A stretch of 64,000 bases of DNA, from NCBI GenBank assembly GCA_963744145.1, contig CAVUSO010000001.1:2816001-2880000 (forward strand). The letters are read 5' to 3'. The notes beneath the pieces were generated by a model. It worked only from the letters and a program-made list of their open reading frames with translations, was not told the DNA's origin and searched no databases. The translations under genes were made by a program, and so were the position numbers. Of the stretch, positions 38,867-50,773 are shown piece after piece. This stretch comes from an uncultured cyanobacterium. GTDB taxonomy: Bacteria > Cyanobacteriota > Cyanobacteriia > Cyanobacteriales > CAWUOF01. Numbering within the stretch: position 1 is the first letter of the stretch; each line of letters opens with the position of its first letter.

Positions 38867-39985
38867 TTAAGCTGGATTTACCTGAACTTGACGTTGCAGT
38901 AAATTTTGGATTGAGGCTTTTTCGATAATTCCCAGTAATACACCATTATCTTGAATCACCGGAATTAATGGTAGTTGTTTTTGGTCGAGCAGGGTAATTA
39001 CTTCTGATAGAGATTGTTGCGGTTTAACAGTTGTGGTAAATTCCATTAGCTCGGTTAATTCTCTGACTTGAGTTTGCACCCAAAGATTAGTAGAGATCGC
39101 TTTTAAAGACTCAACATTAATCACACCTAAAAGTTGTCCGACTGGATCAATTACTAAGAATTTACTCCCATTATTTTGACCAATAATATAGTTGTTGGCA
39201 AATTCGCGTAAAGATAGATCGGCTGCAACAACTTGACTATTGGGATTAATTGCGTCTGCTGCTGTTAATCCAGATATTTTATCTTGTATGGTTGCATACT
39301 GAGCAGAACGTCCAGCATTTTGCAGCAAAAACCAACCAACTAACATATTCCAGAATTGACCAAAAATTAGCCCAGAGACGATCGCTACCCAACCAAAGAT
39401 TTGACCGACTCGACTGGCAAAAACTACACCTTTATAAGGATTTTTGGTGATTTTCCACACTAGAGCTTTTAAGATATTACCACCATCAAGAGGTAATCCA
39501 GGAATTAAGTTAAATAAAGCTAGTGCTAAGTTGATCGAAGCCATTAAACTCGTGATTGCTGCCCATCTACCTGATATTGGTGTAAATATACCGATACTCA
39601 GGAAGAATATAAATAGCATTAAACTCACTAAAGGTCCGGCGATCGCTACCCAAAACGCATCTCCAGGGGTTTTTGATTCTTTTTCTAAGTTGGCTAAACC
39701 ACCAAATATAAACAAAGTAATCGATTTAACTTGTATCCCTTGTTGGATTGCGACTAAGCTATGACCCAATTCATGGGCGATCACTGAAGCAAATAACAAT
39801 ATCGCAGTGATAAAACCTAACAACCAAGGAAGTGGTAATCCAGGAAACTGTGTTGCTAATCCATTTCCATAGGTAAAAGTTACCAACGCAAGTACAAAAA
39901 ACCAAGAGGGATTGATGTAGAAAGGAATCCCAAATAGATTACCGACGCGAAAACTACCATTCATATTATTACCCCCGATCATCAA
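38867..39985 (-). CDS. Site-2 protease (M50) with CBS domains
   Basis: HELGH, IAGPLVS, FNLIPGLPLDGG; CBS pair at the C-terminus. Confidence 0.93.
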   Translation of the reverse strand: MMIGGNNMNGSFRVGNLFGIPFYINPSWFFVLALVTFTYGNGLATQFPGLPLPWLLGFITAILLFASVIAHELGHSLVAIQQGIQVKSITLFIFGGLANLEKESKTPGDAFWVAIAGPLVSLMLFIFFLSIGIFTPISGRWAAITSLMASINLALALFNLIPGLPLDGGNILKALVWKITKNPYKGVVFASRVGQIFGWVAIVSGLIFGQFWNMLVGWFLLQNAGRSAQYATIQDKISGLTAADAINPNSQVVAADLSLREFANNYIIGQNNGSKFLVIDPVGQLLGVINVESLKAISTNLWVQTQVRELTELMEFTTTVKPQQSLSEVITLLDQKQLPLIPVIQDNGVLLGIIEKASIQNLLQRQVQVNPA

Positions 39986-40199
39986 GAGTGCGTTTTTTCA
40001 CACTTTGATAGTTTTTATTTTTCTCTTTGCTCTAATTGTAACGATTTGTAAATGTGTTGTTAATATTTCTAGTACCGTATTATCCGTCCAAAACGGTTCG
40101 GTTTTAATAATTAAACGATTTTTAATGGTAAATTGTGAACTTTATGAGCATTGTTCAGTAAATAAGCAAATAATCGAGCAGAGGAACGAACCGATAATT

Positions 40200-40526
40200 T
40201 TAACAGTAGGCACTAATATCTTCACCACAAGTATCGGCAAGGAAGCATAAAGCTCTAAAACGTAAACCTACTAATTGCTCATAGAGAGGGTTTAGTTTGC
40301 ACATCGGAGGGATATAAAATAAGGTACGTCCAAAAAGCTGGATATGGCGTTCAAAAGGACATTGAGCCGGAATCAGTTTGCAGATTAGTCTTGCCGTTTT
40401 AGGGTTTTTGACTTCAATTCCATCTAAATAGTTACGAATTGGTTGCATTATTTCACTAAGGAGATTAGGGTGTTTTAAGTGGTGGTGCGGAAAAGTGCTG
40501 TTGGAGAAAGACATATTTAACCTCAT
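40200..40526 (-). CDS. Mo-dependent nitrogenase C-terminal domain-like protein
   Basis: ICKLIPAQCPFER, IPPMCKLNPLYEQLVGLRFRALCFLAD. Confidence 0.85.
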   Translation of the reverse strand: MRLNMSFSNSTFPHHHLKHPNLLSEIMQPIRNYLDGIEVKNPKTARLICKLIPAQCPFERHIQLFGRTLFYIPPMCKLNPLYEQLVGLRFRALCFLADTCGEDISAYC

Positions 40527-40919
40527 CGATGAGTCTTTTTCTTTGACACTTTTATCATCGACTAGTTCCCAAATTATTGCTGTGATGTAAAGAAGCTTTA
40601 TTGGTGATGATTTTGTTTGTTGAGCGTGATGTAAAACAACTATTATTTGCGATCGCTTACCCAGATTTTGGTGATTTAGATCACTAACATTTTCCTACTT
40701 CTAACTAAAAGAAAATATTGACTTTTTTTCGGGTGAATTTAAAATTTAGATCACATTTTTGCTCTTTATTCCGAAAAAAATGTATTTGATTATACTACTT
40801 TACATCATAGCATAAAAATCAGTAAACTTTTTCAAATTTTCCTTAAATTTTAAGATTAATTATATTTTTTTCATAAATTTATCTATGCTAATATGCTTTA
40901 ATTAGTATAGAAGCAAAGT

Positions 40920-41141
40920 TTGCGCTCTTATCAGCAGAGGTTGATGATGTCAGAAGCTAACTCTAATGTTTCCATTCCCCAAAGTCTTCAAGAACTGGAA
41001 CAGGCCATTCAGCGCTATAGAGCCAGTGATTTGAATGATCCAGAACTTCTTGCTCAATGGCAAGCAATTCGGGATGCTTCTCTGGCCCAAAAAGACCCAG
41101 AACCTGGTACTGATAAGGTTCCCGGTGAAGCTAGTTATTAA
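40920..41141 (+). CDS. Small hypothetical protein (start probably at the internal ATG ~40944-40947)
   Basis: Coding-like ORF in an AT-rich region, followed by a terminator-like hairpin. Confidence 0.55.
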   Translation: MRSYQQRLMMSEANSNVSIPQSLQELEQAIQRYRASDLNDPELLAQWQAIRDASLAQKDPEPGTDKVPGEASY

Positions 41142-41200
41142 GCTGATCTATGAGTTGTGAGTAATTAATTAGCGTAACTTACGATTGCCCATATTTAATT

Positions 41201-41231
41201 AAACTCCTTCACCAATAAGTGAGGGAGTTTT
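41201..41231 (+). terminator. Rho-independent terminator-like hairpin
   Basis: aaactccttcac-caataa-gtgagggagtttt. Confidence 0.6.
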
Positions 41232-41400
41232 GATTTATTTTTTCATCAAGCCTTCCTCACTCAAAGAAAAGGGATTAACAGCGATCGCCCAACAGCGAAT
41301 TAGTCGGCAACAAAGATGAAAAGATGCCGAAAATATCACAGTTGCTTGAGAGGGATGTTCTGGTAGAATGAAACAGCCAATAGAGTTTGGTTAAATCATC

Positions 41401-41793
41401 ATGAAAATCTGGTTTATATTGTTTCTGATCATCTTTGCACTTGCCGAACTATATCAATGGTTGAAACATCTCAGTTTACCTTTACCAGTGCATATTGTCG
41501 GTGGGGTGTTACTCGCGATCGCTTCTAATTTCGACAAACTTTTTATTCGACCCATTCCCTCTACCATTTCTCCATCAACAAAAATTCCTGTTCCTCCTCC
41601 AGCGAGTCTTGCTCCTCCTCTTCCACCAATCACTAATCAGCCAATTCCTGATGTGGCAAAACCTGTTTCTTTACCAAAAATACCAAAAACTATCGCGGCT
41701 GATTCAATTATTTCTGCTCCTGGGCGATCGCTTTTTCCCAAGCAAGGTGAAAAGAAAATTTGGCAACCTAAAAACGACAAATCAACTGGATAG
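41401..41793 (+). CDS. Hypothetical membrane protein with Pro-rich tail
   Basis: Two N-terminal hydrophobic segments ending in AIASN; Pro-rich C-terminus. Confidence 0.7.
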   Translation: MKIWFILFLIIFALAELYQWLKHLSLPLPVHIVGGVLLAIASNFDKLFIRPIPSTISPSTKIPVPPPASLAPPLPPITNQPIPDVAKPVSLPKIPKTIAADSIISAPGRSLFPKQGEKKIWQPKNDKSTG

Positions 41794-41807
41794 GATGCTG
41801 AATTTCC

Positions 41808-42386
41808 TTATCTTCCCATATTACGTTTAAGTTTTTCTAATTCTTCATCTGCTTCCCAACGTCTAAAAGTCTGTTCTAGAGAATCATTATTACTATTAAC
41901 CTGACGATTATAAGTTTGATTCCAACCAGTAGTTTCCCTAGGTTTCTGAGCTTGAGTTTTTGCTTTAGTTGCTTGAGATTGGGCTACTTTAACTTTTACC
42001 TCTTCTCGTCTAATCTGAATCTGACGCTGTAACTCTTTCGCTTTTTCAATCCGCTGTTTACAACCTTGCATTTGTCCCCAGAGTTGATTACCTTGACGGA
42101 GCAAAGCTGCTTCTCGTTCTTGGGCTCCATCAGCTAAATCATTTCTTCCCGCAGCTCTAGCTTTATCAATCCTACTGTGCCATATTTGAATATCTTTTGC
42201 GGTAGCTAGAATTTCATTTTGTAATTTCTTTTCTTGTTGTTCCCCATCTCTAATTAGTCGTAAAGTATCTTGTTCTTGCTCCCGCAATTGTTCATCGATC
42301 GCTTCTAATTCTAGATGAGGATTATTGCGGAGAAATTCCTCTAATCTGGTTTCTAAAAATCGACTTACATCTTCAAAGACGCTCAT
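41808..42386 (-). CDS. TIGR04376-like coiled-coil protein (PspA/IM30-related)
   Basis: FEDVSRFLETRLEEFLRNNPHLEL, AGRNDLADGAQEREAALLRQG, FRRWEADEELEKLK. Confidence 0.8.
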   Translation of the reverse strand: MSVFEDVSRFLETRLEEFLRNNPHLELEAIDEQLREQEQDTLRLIRDGEQQEKKLQNEILATAKDIQIWHSRIDKARAAGRNDLADGAQEREAALLRQGNQLWGQMQGCKQRIEKAKELQRQIQIRREEVKVKVAQSQATKAKTQAQKPRETTGWNQTYNRQVNSNNDSLEQTFRRWEADEELEKLKRNMGR

Positions 42387-42464
42387 TACTCACCTCTTGG
42401 TAATATTAATAGGCAATTGATTATAACCAAATTTTTAGCAATTACCTATTTATTATCTGTCAAC

Positions 42465-43742
42465 TCAAATTCCCTGTCCTACATAAATGGAGCGAACTTC
42501 TCCACTCCGACGAATGACAGCTTCTCCTTTACCAATTTTAACTAAAGTCCAACCACTAGAGCCAATACTTTCACCAATATTCACTCGACGAGCAACTCCA
42601 TTAATCTCAAACAAAGCAGCAGAACGCTCACCCAATTCCAAAATTCCTACTAAATTATGGGTAGGAGTTGGGGAAGGTGTTTCGGTGGGAGTTGGGGAAG
42701 GTGTTTCGGTGGAAGTTGGGGTGGGAGTTGGGGTTTCGGTGGGAGTTGTTGGAGCTGTGGGGGTTGAAGTTACTGCTGGTGTGGGAGTTGGGGTAGTTTC
42801 TGGATTATTAGGGGTAGATGGGGCAATTGTTGAGGGAATTGGTGGAGGTGTTAAGGTAAATGAGGGTGGTTGTCCTGCTAAGGATACCGGTGATGGGGTA
42901 CTAGAAGCTTCCTTCCTGGGACTGGGAGTTGAGGAGACTTGATTGACTTTTGACTGAGGTTTACTAGCAGCAACTACAACAGCTTTCTGAACTGGTAATG
43001 GTGGTAATGGTGGTTTTGGTAAAGCTGATACAGATTTGGTATTAATTTGGGCAAAAGGTGGATTGAACCGATCTAAAACTATAGATAGACGATTTAGTGC
43101 TTGAGCTAAACTGTTGGTATCAGCACTATTACCCAGTGATGTGGGTAAAGGTCCTAAATTAGTCCCAGATGTGGCTAACATTCCGTTAGGATTTTTGCTG
43201 TCAGGGACTTTTTGATCAATAATTTCTAGCGATCGCTGCATATATTGACTAAACTGAGCATCAGCTTCGCTTTCAGGACTGAGCTTGAACTGGATCGGAG
43301 CGATCGCTGTCCAAATTTGATCGAGTCCGGTCCGACTTCCTAACCACAATCCCAAAATAATCACTAAGGAAGCAAAAGCTGTTCCGAGGAGGAGCTGATC
43401 AAAGAATTGTTCAGTTTTACGTTGTTTTTCAGCTTTAGCTACAGTAATAGTTTCGAGCTGAGGTTCTAGACTCGGTGGTTTTACTTCTGGAACTGGGACT
43501 ATTACTTGTGGTAAAACCAAATGAGGGATGGCAATTGTTTTTAAAGAAACATATTCTGGTGGAGTGGATGCAGGTAGATGGCTGTTACCACCATCTAAAA
43601 TCCGGTCAACATCACCAAACAGATCGTCCATCAACCGATCTGCATAAGCATCAACTGTAAATGGTTTATTTAGACTAGATTCTTCGCCAGATTTTAGTGC
43701 AACTTGTGTAGTATTAGCATTCTTTTCCATAAAATTTCCCAC
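42465..43742 (-). CDS. Single-TM protein with Pro/Thr linker and C-terminal PilP/GspC-like beta domain
   Basis: YADRLMDDLF, one TM, PTPTET repeats, LVGILELGERSAALFEINGVARRV. Confidence 0.75.
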   Translation of the reverse strand: MGNFMEKNANTTQVALKSGEESSLNKPFTVDAYADRLMDDLFGDVDRILDGGNSHLPASTPPEYVSLKTIAIPHLVLPQVIVPVPEVKPPSLEPQLETITVAKAEKQRKTEQFFDQLLLGTAFASLVIILGLWLGSRTGLDQIWTAIAPIQFKLSPESEADAQFSQYMQRSLEIIDQKVPDSKNPNGMLATSGTNLGPLPTSLGNSADTNSLAQALNRLSIVLDRFNPPFAQINTKSVSALPKPPLPPLPVQKAVVVAASKPQSKVNQVSSTPSPRKEASSTPSPVSLAGQPPSFTLTPPPIPSTIAPSTPNNPETTPTPTPAVTSTPTAPTTPTETPTPTPTSTETPSPTPTETPSPTPTHNLVGILELGERSAALFEINGVARRVNIGESIGSSGWTLVKIGKGEAVIRRSGEVRSIYVGQGI

Positions 43743-43823
43743 TCAACGAGTCCTTAATTCCCCTTTTATATCCTTAAAACCCAATGATAATGGTTAGTTT
43801 GGGCAAAATTTAATGATAAATTA

Positions 43824-45755
43824 TCAAACCAAGCTTTTTTGACGCCCACACAATTCTAAATAAACTAACAAGGCATTAACATCAGCAGGATTAACTCCAC
43901 CTATACGAGAAGCTTGTCCAATTGTCAATGGTTTGACTTGAGTCAATTTTTCTCTGGCTTCTTTAGAAAGGGTATCGATCGCCGCATAATCTAGATCAGC
44001 AGGTAATTTGCGGTATGCTTGACGGGCGATTTGGTCAATTTGCATTTGTTGACGTTCCAGATATCCTGAGTATTTGATATCAATTTCTGCACCAGCTGTT
44101 TCAGCTTGATTGAGTTCGGGATTATGTAATCCATAGTTTGCCAAATTTAGATAGTGAAATCCTGGACGACGGAGTAAGTCAGCTAAAGTAATGGAACCTT
44201 TGATGGGAATCTGGGTATCAGTCGCGATCGCACATCCAATCGGATCTAACTCTTTTACTCTAGTGGTATAGAGTCGGTTTTTTTCCACCTCAATCTGAGC
44301 TTGTTTTTGCTTAAACAGAGCATAACGGCGATCGTCAATTAAGCCAATTTCCCGACCTAAAGGAGTTAACCGTCGGTCTGCATTATCCGATCGTAATATT
44401 AACCGATATTCCGATCGGCTAGTCAACATCCGGTAAGGTTCGCGTAAATCCTTAGTACATAAATCATCAATCAACGTGCCAATATAACTTTGTTCCCGAG
44501 GAAAAATCATCATTTCTTCACCCCGAACCAAGCGAGCCGCATTAATTCCAGCTACCAAACCCTGAGCTGCTGCTTCTTCATAACCGGTCGTACCATTAAT
44601 TTGTCCAGCACAGAACAATCCGGCAATTTTTTTGGTCATCAGTGTGGGATAACACTGAGTTGCGGGTAAATAATCATATTCAACTGCATAAGCAGGACGG
44701 AGCATAATACAATTTTCTAATCCCGGCAAACTCCGCAACAGTTTTAACTGAATATTTTCGGGTAATCCCGTGGAAAAACCTTGAATATATAGCTCCGGAA
44801 TATCTCTTCCTTCTGGTTCAATAAAAATCTGATGGCTTTCTTTATCAGCAAACCGGACAATTTTATCTTCAATACTTGGACAATAACGTGGTCCTTTAGC
44901 ATCGACCCAACCACCATAAACGGGAGATAAATGGAGATGATCGCGAATTAATTGATGAGTAACCGGAGTAGTATGGGTCAAATAACAACACATTTGTTCC
45001 CGTTCAATCCAAACATCTGGATCAAAACTAAACCAGCGTACTTCTGAATCTCCGGGTTGGGGGTCCATTTTGCTATAGTCTACCGATCTTTTATCGACCC
45101 TAGCAGGAGTTCCGGTCTTTAAACGTCCAGTTTCAAACCCTAACCGATTTAAAGTTTCAGTCAAACCAATTGCGGCAAATTCTCCAGCGCGACCCGCTAC
45201 CATTGATTTATTCCCAACCCAAATCCGACCACCTAAAAAAGTGCCCGTAGTCAGAATCACTGCTTGACATTGAAAAGCCACACCAAAGTAAGTTTCAACA
45301 CCAACAATTTCCTGATTGGGACCCAAAACTAAATCGGTCACCATACTTTCCCGAATCGTCAAATTTTCTTGGTTTTCGACAATTCCTTTCATGATCGCAG
45401 CATATTCGCGCTTATCAGTTTGGGCTCGTAACGCCCATACAGCCGGACCACGGGAAGAATTTAGTACCCGCTTTTGGAGATAGGTACGATCAGCCATTTT
45501 GCCAATTTCCCCACCCAGAGCATCAATTTCATGGGTCAGTTGAGATTTGGCTGGTCCCCCTACTGCCGGATTGCAAGGTTGCCAAGCAATTTTATCTAAG
45601 TTTAAAGTGAGTAGGAGGGTGCGACATCCCAATCTTGCTGTCACCAGAGCTGCTTCACAACCAGCGTGACCAGCACCGACAACGATCACATCAAAAGCGT
45701 CTTGAAATTCTACTGTTTTGTGGGTCATGGATTGGTCTTTGGTAGCAAGGGCCAT
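43824..45755 (-). CDS. mnmG: tRNA uridine-5-carboxymethylaminomethyl modification enzyme
   Basis: [58 protein letters not shown]. Confidence 0.98.
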   Translation of the reverse strand: MALATKDQSMTHKTVEFQDAFDVIVVGAGHAGCEAALVTARLGCRTLLLTLNLDKIAWQPCNPAVGGPAKSQLTHEIDALGGEIGKMADRTYLQKRVLNSSRGPAVWALRAQTDKREYAAIMKGIVENQENLTIRESMVTDLVLGPNQEIVGVETYFGVAFQCQAVILTTGTFLGGRIWVGNKSMVAGRAGEFAAIGLTETLNRLGFETGRLKTGTPARVDKRSVDYSKMDPQPGDSEVRWFSFDPDVWIEREQMCCYLTHTTPVTHQLIRDHLHLSPVYGGWVDAKGPRYCPSIEDKIVRFADKESHQIFIEPEGRDIPELYIQGFSTGLPENIQLKLLRSLPGLENCIMLRPAYAVEYDYLPATQCYPTLMTKKIAGLFCAGQINGTTGYEEAAAQGLVAGINAARLVRGEEMMIFPREQSYIGTLIDDLCTKDLREPYRMLTSRSEYRLILRSDNADRRLTPLGREIGLIDDRRYALFKQKQAQIEVEKNRLYTTRVKELDPIGCAIATDTQIPIKGSITLADLLRRPGFHYLNLANYGLHNPELNQAETAGAEIDIKYSGYLERQQMQIDQIARQAYRKLPADLDYAAIDTLSKEAREKLTQVKPLTIGQASRIGGVNPADVNALLVYLELCGRQKSLV

Positions 45756-46111
45756 TCTCCCAAAAAAGTTATTTTAGGGGAACGAGCATCTTGCCTGTTG
45801 TAGTTATTTTGGCAAGATGTCTAATCTTTTATTCTAGCGATTAAAACCGATTAACATGATTTTCCCGTCAATTAACATTCAGCAGTCAAGGAGCGAGCGG
45901 CTATGGTGATGGAAAGAAATGCTATATTGAGCTGGATATTTTCCTGGTTGTTTCAGGTTAACCTAGAAAAAATTGGGATGACTCAAATGGCAGTATGCAA
46001 AGATTTGAGTGATATAACAGCAGAGGGCTATTCTAGCTGATTAAGTCTGATCATGAAAGCGGTGCGACTACATTGTGGATGATATTTTACAGGTAATAAG
46101 GAATATTACAG

Positions 46112-47191
46112 ATGACGGAACGCAAGCGAGCGCTAATTACTGGGATTACGGGTCAAGATGGTTCTTACCTGAGTGAATTATTGCTACAGAAAGATTATGA
46201 GGTTCATGGGATTATTCGTCGAACCTCGACCTTTAACACTGATCGGATTGACCATATATATGTAGATCCCCATAGCGTTGATGCGCGGTTATTTCTCCAC
46301 TATGGTGATTTAACTGATGGTACTACCTTGCGTCGGATTTTGGAGCAAGTTAAACCCACAGAAATTTATAATTTGGGAGCGCAATCCCATGTTCGGGTTA
46401 GTTTTGATTCTCCCGAATATACTGCTGATGCAGTCGGAATGGGGACTTTACGTCTGTTAGAAGCAATTCGCGATTATCAGTATCGGACTGGAATTGAGGT
46501 GCGGTTCTATCAAGCTGGCTCCTCAGAAATGTTTGGGAAAGTCCAAGAAATTCCCCAAAAGGAAACTACACCCTTTTATCCTCGTAGTCCCTACGCTTGT
46601 GCTAAGGTTTATGCTCATTGGCAAACCGTAAATTACCGTGAATCTTACGGGTTGTTTGCTTGTAATGGCATATTATTTAATCATGAAAGTCCTCGGCGGG
46701 GAGAAACTTTTGTGACTCGCAAAATTACCCGTGCGATCGCCCGGATCGTAGCAGGTAAACAGAAAAAACTGTACTTGGGTAATCTGGATTCTCAGCGGGA
46801 CTGGGGTTATGCTAAGGATTATGTGCGAGCCATGTGGCTGATGTTACAGCAAGAGCAACCCGATGATTATGTGATTGCTACGAATCAAACCCACTCGATT
46901 AAAAAGTTTCTCGATATTTCCTTTAGTTATGTCAATCTTGATTGGCACGACTATGTAGAATTTGATGAGCGTTATTTACGTCCTGCCGAAGTAGAACTAT
47001 TAATTGGTGATGCTAATAAAGCCAAGGAAAAACTAGGTTGGGAACCTTCGGTTACTTTTGAAGAGTTGGTAGCATTGATGGTAGAATCTGATTTACAAGC
47101 TCTGGGACTAACTTCTCCGAATAGTAAGGTTTTTCAATTAATTAAGGATAACGCCTATATTCGGCATGAATTGGGCAGTATGGTTGACTAA
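46112..47191 (+). CDS. gmd: GDP-mannose 4,6-dehydratase
   Basis: [48 protein letters not shown]. Confidence 0.97.
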   Translation: MTERKRALITGITGQDGSYLSELLLQKDYEVHGIIRRTSTFNTDRIDHIYVDPHSVDARLFLHYGDLTDGTTLRRILEQVKPTEIYNLGAQSHVRVSFDSPEYTADAVGMGTLRLLEAIRDYQYRTGIEVRFYQAGSSEMFGKVQEIPQKETTPFYPRSPYACAKVYAHWQTVNYRESYGLFACNGILFNHESPRRGETFVTRKITRAIARIVAGKQKKLYLGNLDSQRDWGYAKDYVRAMWLMLQQEQPDDYVIATNQTHSIKKFLDISFSYVNLDWHDYVEFDERYLRPAEVELLIGDANKAKEKLGWEPSVTFEELVALMVESDLQALGLTSPNSKVFQLIKDNAYIRHELGSMVD

Positions 47192-47287
47192 GTGGTGCAA
47201 ACAGAAGTTCGGGTTCAAGATGTTGATTAGATTCTTGACCCTGACTTCTGATGATTAATAATTAAGTTTTTTTGAATCCTGCCCAGG

Positions 47288-48244
47288 ATGGTAATCAAAA
47301 TGGCAACTTTAGAATTGCAAAACAAACGGATTTTGGTGACCGGTGGAGCTGGTTTTTTAGGAAGTCAGGTCATTAACCAGTTGTGTAAAGCTGGAGCTGA
47401 TCGGCAAAAAATTACTGTACCCCGATCGCACGATTATGACTTGCGATCGCTAGATAAATGTCAACAAGTAGTTGAGCAACAAGATCTCATCATTCACCTA
47501 GCTGCTCATGTAGGTGGAATTGGGTTAAATCAAATTAAACCAGCGGAACTATTTTATGACAACTTAATGATGGGCACTCAGCTAATTCATGCAGCCTATC
47601 AAGCTGGTGTGAGTAAATTTGTCTGTGTGGGGACAATTTGTGCCTATCCCAAATTTACTCCAGTTCCCTTTAAAGAAGATGATCTGTGGAATGGCTATCC
47701 AGAAGAAACCAATGCTCCCTATGGAATTGCCAAAAAAGCCTTATTAGTCCAACTGCAAGCTTACCGTCAACAGTATGGATTTAATGGTATTTATTTACTA
47801 CCAGTCAATTTATATGGGCCAGCCGATAATTTTGATCCGAAAAGTTCCCATGTCATTCCAGCTTTAGTCCGGAAAGTTCACGAAGCGCAACAAAGGGGAG
47901 ACAAACAACTCCCAGTGTGGGGTGATGGTAGTCCGAGTCGTGAATTTCTCTATGTAGATGATGCCGCATTAGGGATTGTGATGGCAACTCAGCATTATGA
48001 TGGTCCAGAACCAGTTAATCTGGGCACCAACTATGAAATCACGATCCGCAACTTAGTGGAACTAATTTGTGAATTGATGGAATTCAAAGGTGAAATTGTT
48101 TGGGAAACTGACAAACCTAATGGTCAACCCCGTCGTTGTTTAGATACAGAAAGAGCTAAACAAGCTTTTGGGTTTACAGCTCAAGTGGAATTTAAGCAAG
48201 GGTTAAAAAATACCATTGAGTGGTATCGTCAACACGCAGCTTAG
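47288..48244 (+). CDS. fcl: GDP-L-fucose synthase
   Basis: [49 protein letters not shown]. Confidence 0.93.
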   Translation: MVIKMATLELQNKRILVTGGAGFLGSQVINQLCKAGADRQKITVPRSHDYDLRSLDKCQQVVEQQDLIIHLAAHVGGIGLNQIKPAELFYDNLMMGTQLIHAAYQAGVSKFVCVGTICAYPKFTPVPFKEDDLWNGYPEETNAPYGIAKKALLVQLQAYRQQYGFNGIYLLPVNLYGPADNFDPKSSHVIPALVRKVHEAQQRGDKQLPVWGDGSPSREFLYVDDAALGIVMATQHYDGPEPVNLGTNYEITIRNLVELICELMEFKGEIVWETDKPNGQPRRCLDTERAKQAFGFTAQVEFKQGLKNTIEWYRQHAA

Positions 48245-48304
48245 ACCTCTCCCTACGATTACTCCCCCTTCCCTGGTAGGGAAGGGGGCTGGAGGGTTAG
48301 GTCT
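48243..48304. repeat. REP-like palindromic element / terminator after fcl
   Basis: cccccttccct-ggt-agggaaggggg hairpin within agacc...ggtct ends. Confidence 0.6.
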
Positions 48305-48674
48305 AAGCATTTAGCCCTACTGAGATCAACATTTTAGATGTCCTAACTATAGCCGAAGCGGTACTTTCGGCAAAAATTAAGCTGGGAATTTTTAGGTATA
48401 GAAGATTTTCGTGATTTTTCACAAATATTATTGTTGTTTTTAAAATAATTATCTCAATTCAGGCAAAAAACCTGCTTGCAATGGTCACTAACAATAGTTA
48501 CACTTCTTTAGATAAATCTCATTTTCAAATGCTGCACTGTCAATCTGTCCCTGCTGTTTAGTTCCAGACCGATCGGAGCAACGACACTAGGTCCAAATAG
48601 ACAATTGCACCATAACCACAAGCTAAAACATAGCTTTCATGTAGATATACCTAATTCTAGGAGGATCGTAGTCG

Positions 48675-50204
48675 ATGGGACTACCCTGGTACCGAGTACA
48701 TACAGTTGTCTTAAATGACCCAGGTCGTCTGATAGCTGTACACCTGATGCACACTGCTCTCGTCGCAGGTTGGGCTGGTTCTATGGCCCTATATGAATTG
48801 GCCATTTTCGATCCTAGTGATCCGATCCTCAACCCCATGTGGCGTCAGGGAATGTTTGTGATGCCCTTTATGGCTCGTCTTGGGATCACCCAATCTTGGG
48901 GTGGTTGGAGCCTAACTGGCCAACCCGCTGTTGATCCTGGGATTTGGAGCTTTGAAGGTGTTGCCACAGCTCACATTCTCTTGTCTGGTTTGCTGTTCCT
49001 CGCTGCTGTTTGGCACTGGGTTTATTGGGATTTAGAACTCTTCAGAGACCCCCGCACTGGAGAACCAGCACTAGACTTGCCAAATATGTTTGGCATTCAT
49101 TTATTCTTGTCTGGTTTACTCTGTTTTGGCTTCGGTGCTTTTCACTTGACTGGATTATTTGGACCGGGGATGTGGGTTTCTGATCCCTATGGTCTCACCG
49201 GTAGTGTCCAGCCAGTAGCTCCGGCTTGGGGTCCGGAAGGGTTTAACCCCTTTAACCCTGGTGGAATTGTCGCTCACCATATTGCCGCAGGAATTGTCGG
49301 AATTATTGCTGGTATCTTTCATTTAACCGTCAGACCACCAGAAAGGCTCTATCGAGCTTTGCGGATGGGTAACATTGAAACCGTACTATCAAGTAGTATT
49401 GCCGCAGTATTTTTTGCAGCCTTTGTGGTTGCAGGGACAATGTGGTACGGCAGTGCGGCTACACCGATCGAACTATTTGGCCCAACTCGCTATCAGTGGG
49501 ACAGTGGTTATTTCCAAAAGGAAATTGACCGTCGCGTTCAAGCTGATGTAGCTGAAGGTAAGACCTTGAGCGAAGCTTATGGAGCCATTCCCGAAAAACT
49601 GGCTTTCTACGATTATGTAGGTAATAGCCCTGCTAAAGGTGGTTTGTTCCGGGTTGGTCCAATGAATAATGGCGATGGTCTAGCTCAAGATTGGCTCGGT
49701 CATGCTGTATTTAAAGATGCTGAAGGTCGGGAATTGTGGGTACGTCGGCTCCCTAACTTCTTTGAAAACTTCCCTGTGGTCTTGACTGATAAAGATGGGG
49801 TAGTTCGTGCGGATATTCCTTTCCGTCGTGCTGAATCTAAATACAGTTTTGAGCAAGTTGGTGTTACCGTCAGTTTCTATGGTGGTTCCCTGGATGGTCA
49901 GACTTTTGATGACCCAGCCCTAGTGAAGCAGTTCGCTCGTGGTTCTCAATTGGGTGAAATCTTTAAGTTCGATCGCGAAAAATTTGACTCTGATGGTGTG
50001 TTCCGCACCAGTACAAGGGGTTGGTTTACCTTTGGACATGCGGTGTTTGCCTTACTGTTCTTCTTTGGTCATATCTGGCACGGTTCTCGGACGATCTTCC
50101 GTGATGTGTTTGCTGGTATTGATCCCGACTTAGATGAAGATCAAGTCGAGTTTGGTGTGTTCCAAAAATTAGGTGATGCTACCACTCGGAAGAAAGAAGC
50201 TTAA
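48675..50204 (+). CDS. psbB: Photosystem II CP47 chlorophyll-binding protein
   Basis: [19 protein letters not shown]..., full-length 509 aa; AGGAGG RBS upstream. Confidence 0.99.
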   Translation: MGLPWYRVHTVVLNDPGRLIAVHLMHTALVAGWAGSMALYELAIFDPSDPILNPMWRQGMFVMPFMARLGITQSWGGWSLTGQPAVDPGIWSFEGVATAHILLSGLLFLAAVWHWVYWDLELFRDPRTGEPALDLPNMFGIHLFLSGLLCFGFGAFHLTGLFGPGMWVSDPYGLTGSVQPVAPAWGPEGFNPFNPGGIVAHHIAAGIVGIIAGIFHLTVRPPERLYRALRMGNIETVLSSSIAAVFFAAFVVAGTMWYGSAATPIELFGPTRYQWDSGYFQKEIDRRVQADVAEGKTLSEAYGAIPEKLAFYDYVGNSPAKGGLFRVGPMNNGDGLAQDWLGHAVFKDAEGRELWVRRLPNFFENFPVVLTDKDGVVRADIPFRRAESKYSFEQVGVTVSFYGGSLDGQTFDDPALVKQFARGSQLGEIFKFDREKFDSDGVFRTSTRGWFTFGHAVFALLFFFGHIWHGSRTIFRDVFAGIDPDLDEDQVEFGVFQKLGDATTRKKEA

Positions 50205-50250
50205 TTTTTCCTGTTGGTAAACCTGATTTCTGGTTAAAAAAACACAATTT

Positions 50251-50297
50251 AAACCCACCTTCTACTGATTAATTTTTGTAGTTAGGTGGGTTTTTTA
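50251..50297 (+). terminator. Terminator-like hairpin after psbB
   Basis: aaacccacct...aggtgggtttttt. Confidence 0.65.
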
Positions 50298-50471
50298 TGT
50301 TTTTTCTGCCGATCGCATTTGCTATACTAATCTTGATCCCGGAACTCGCAGACAAGCGAATTTTAACCCCAATTTAAAAAATTTTTAGCCTAAAAACCTA
50401 GGATCTCTTAGTATTAGTCAAGTAAAATAGGATAAAATAAGCTTTAACTACAATAAACAGGAAATTTTCCT

Positions 50472-50567
50472 ATGGAAAGCCTTGCTTACATTTTGGTTCT
50501 CACCCTAGCTCTGGGTACAATTTTCTTTGCCATTGCATTTCGCCAACCTCCTCGGATCGGTAATTAA
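50472..50567 (+). CDS. psbT: Photosystem II reaction centre protein T
   Basis: Below the ORF-track cutoff; translates as [31 protein letters not shown], downstream of psbB. Confidence 0.95.
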   Translation: MESLAYILVLTLALGTIFFAIAFRQPPRIGN

Positions 50568-50646
50568 ATCCCTAGATACCTCTTGGTTTTCTGTCGGATT
50601 TTTTTTAAATTACTGGTTCAGTTTTTTTAATCTGCTCTTTTATTAC

Positions 50647-50679
50647 TCAAACCAAGTCGTCATTGACGACTTGGTTTGA
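50647..50679. terminator. Perfect hairpin after psbT
   Basis: tcaaaccaagtcgtca-t-tgacgacttggtttga. Confidence 0.65.
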
Positions 50680-50773
50680 TTTTAAAGTATCACTAATTTG
50701 CAGCATAAAAAATGTAATTAAATAACTATAACCTAATCATTTCAATGAGCATTCTTAGCACAACGTATCTTGT

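Noticed and set aside
40782..40795. NtcA-like GTA-N8-TAC site
   Set aside because: It is in a very AT-rich spacer with no properly spaced -10 box, so chance occurrence is likely.
42487..42942. Gly/Val-rich plus-strand ORF
   Set aside because: Antisense shadow of the Pro/Thr linker in 42465-43742.
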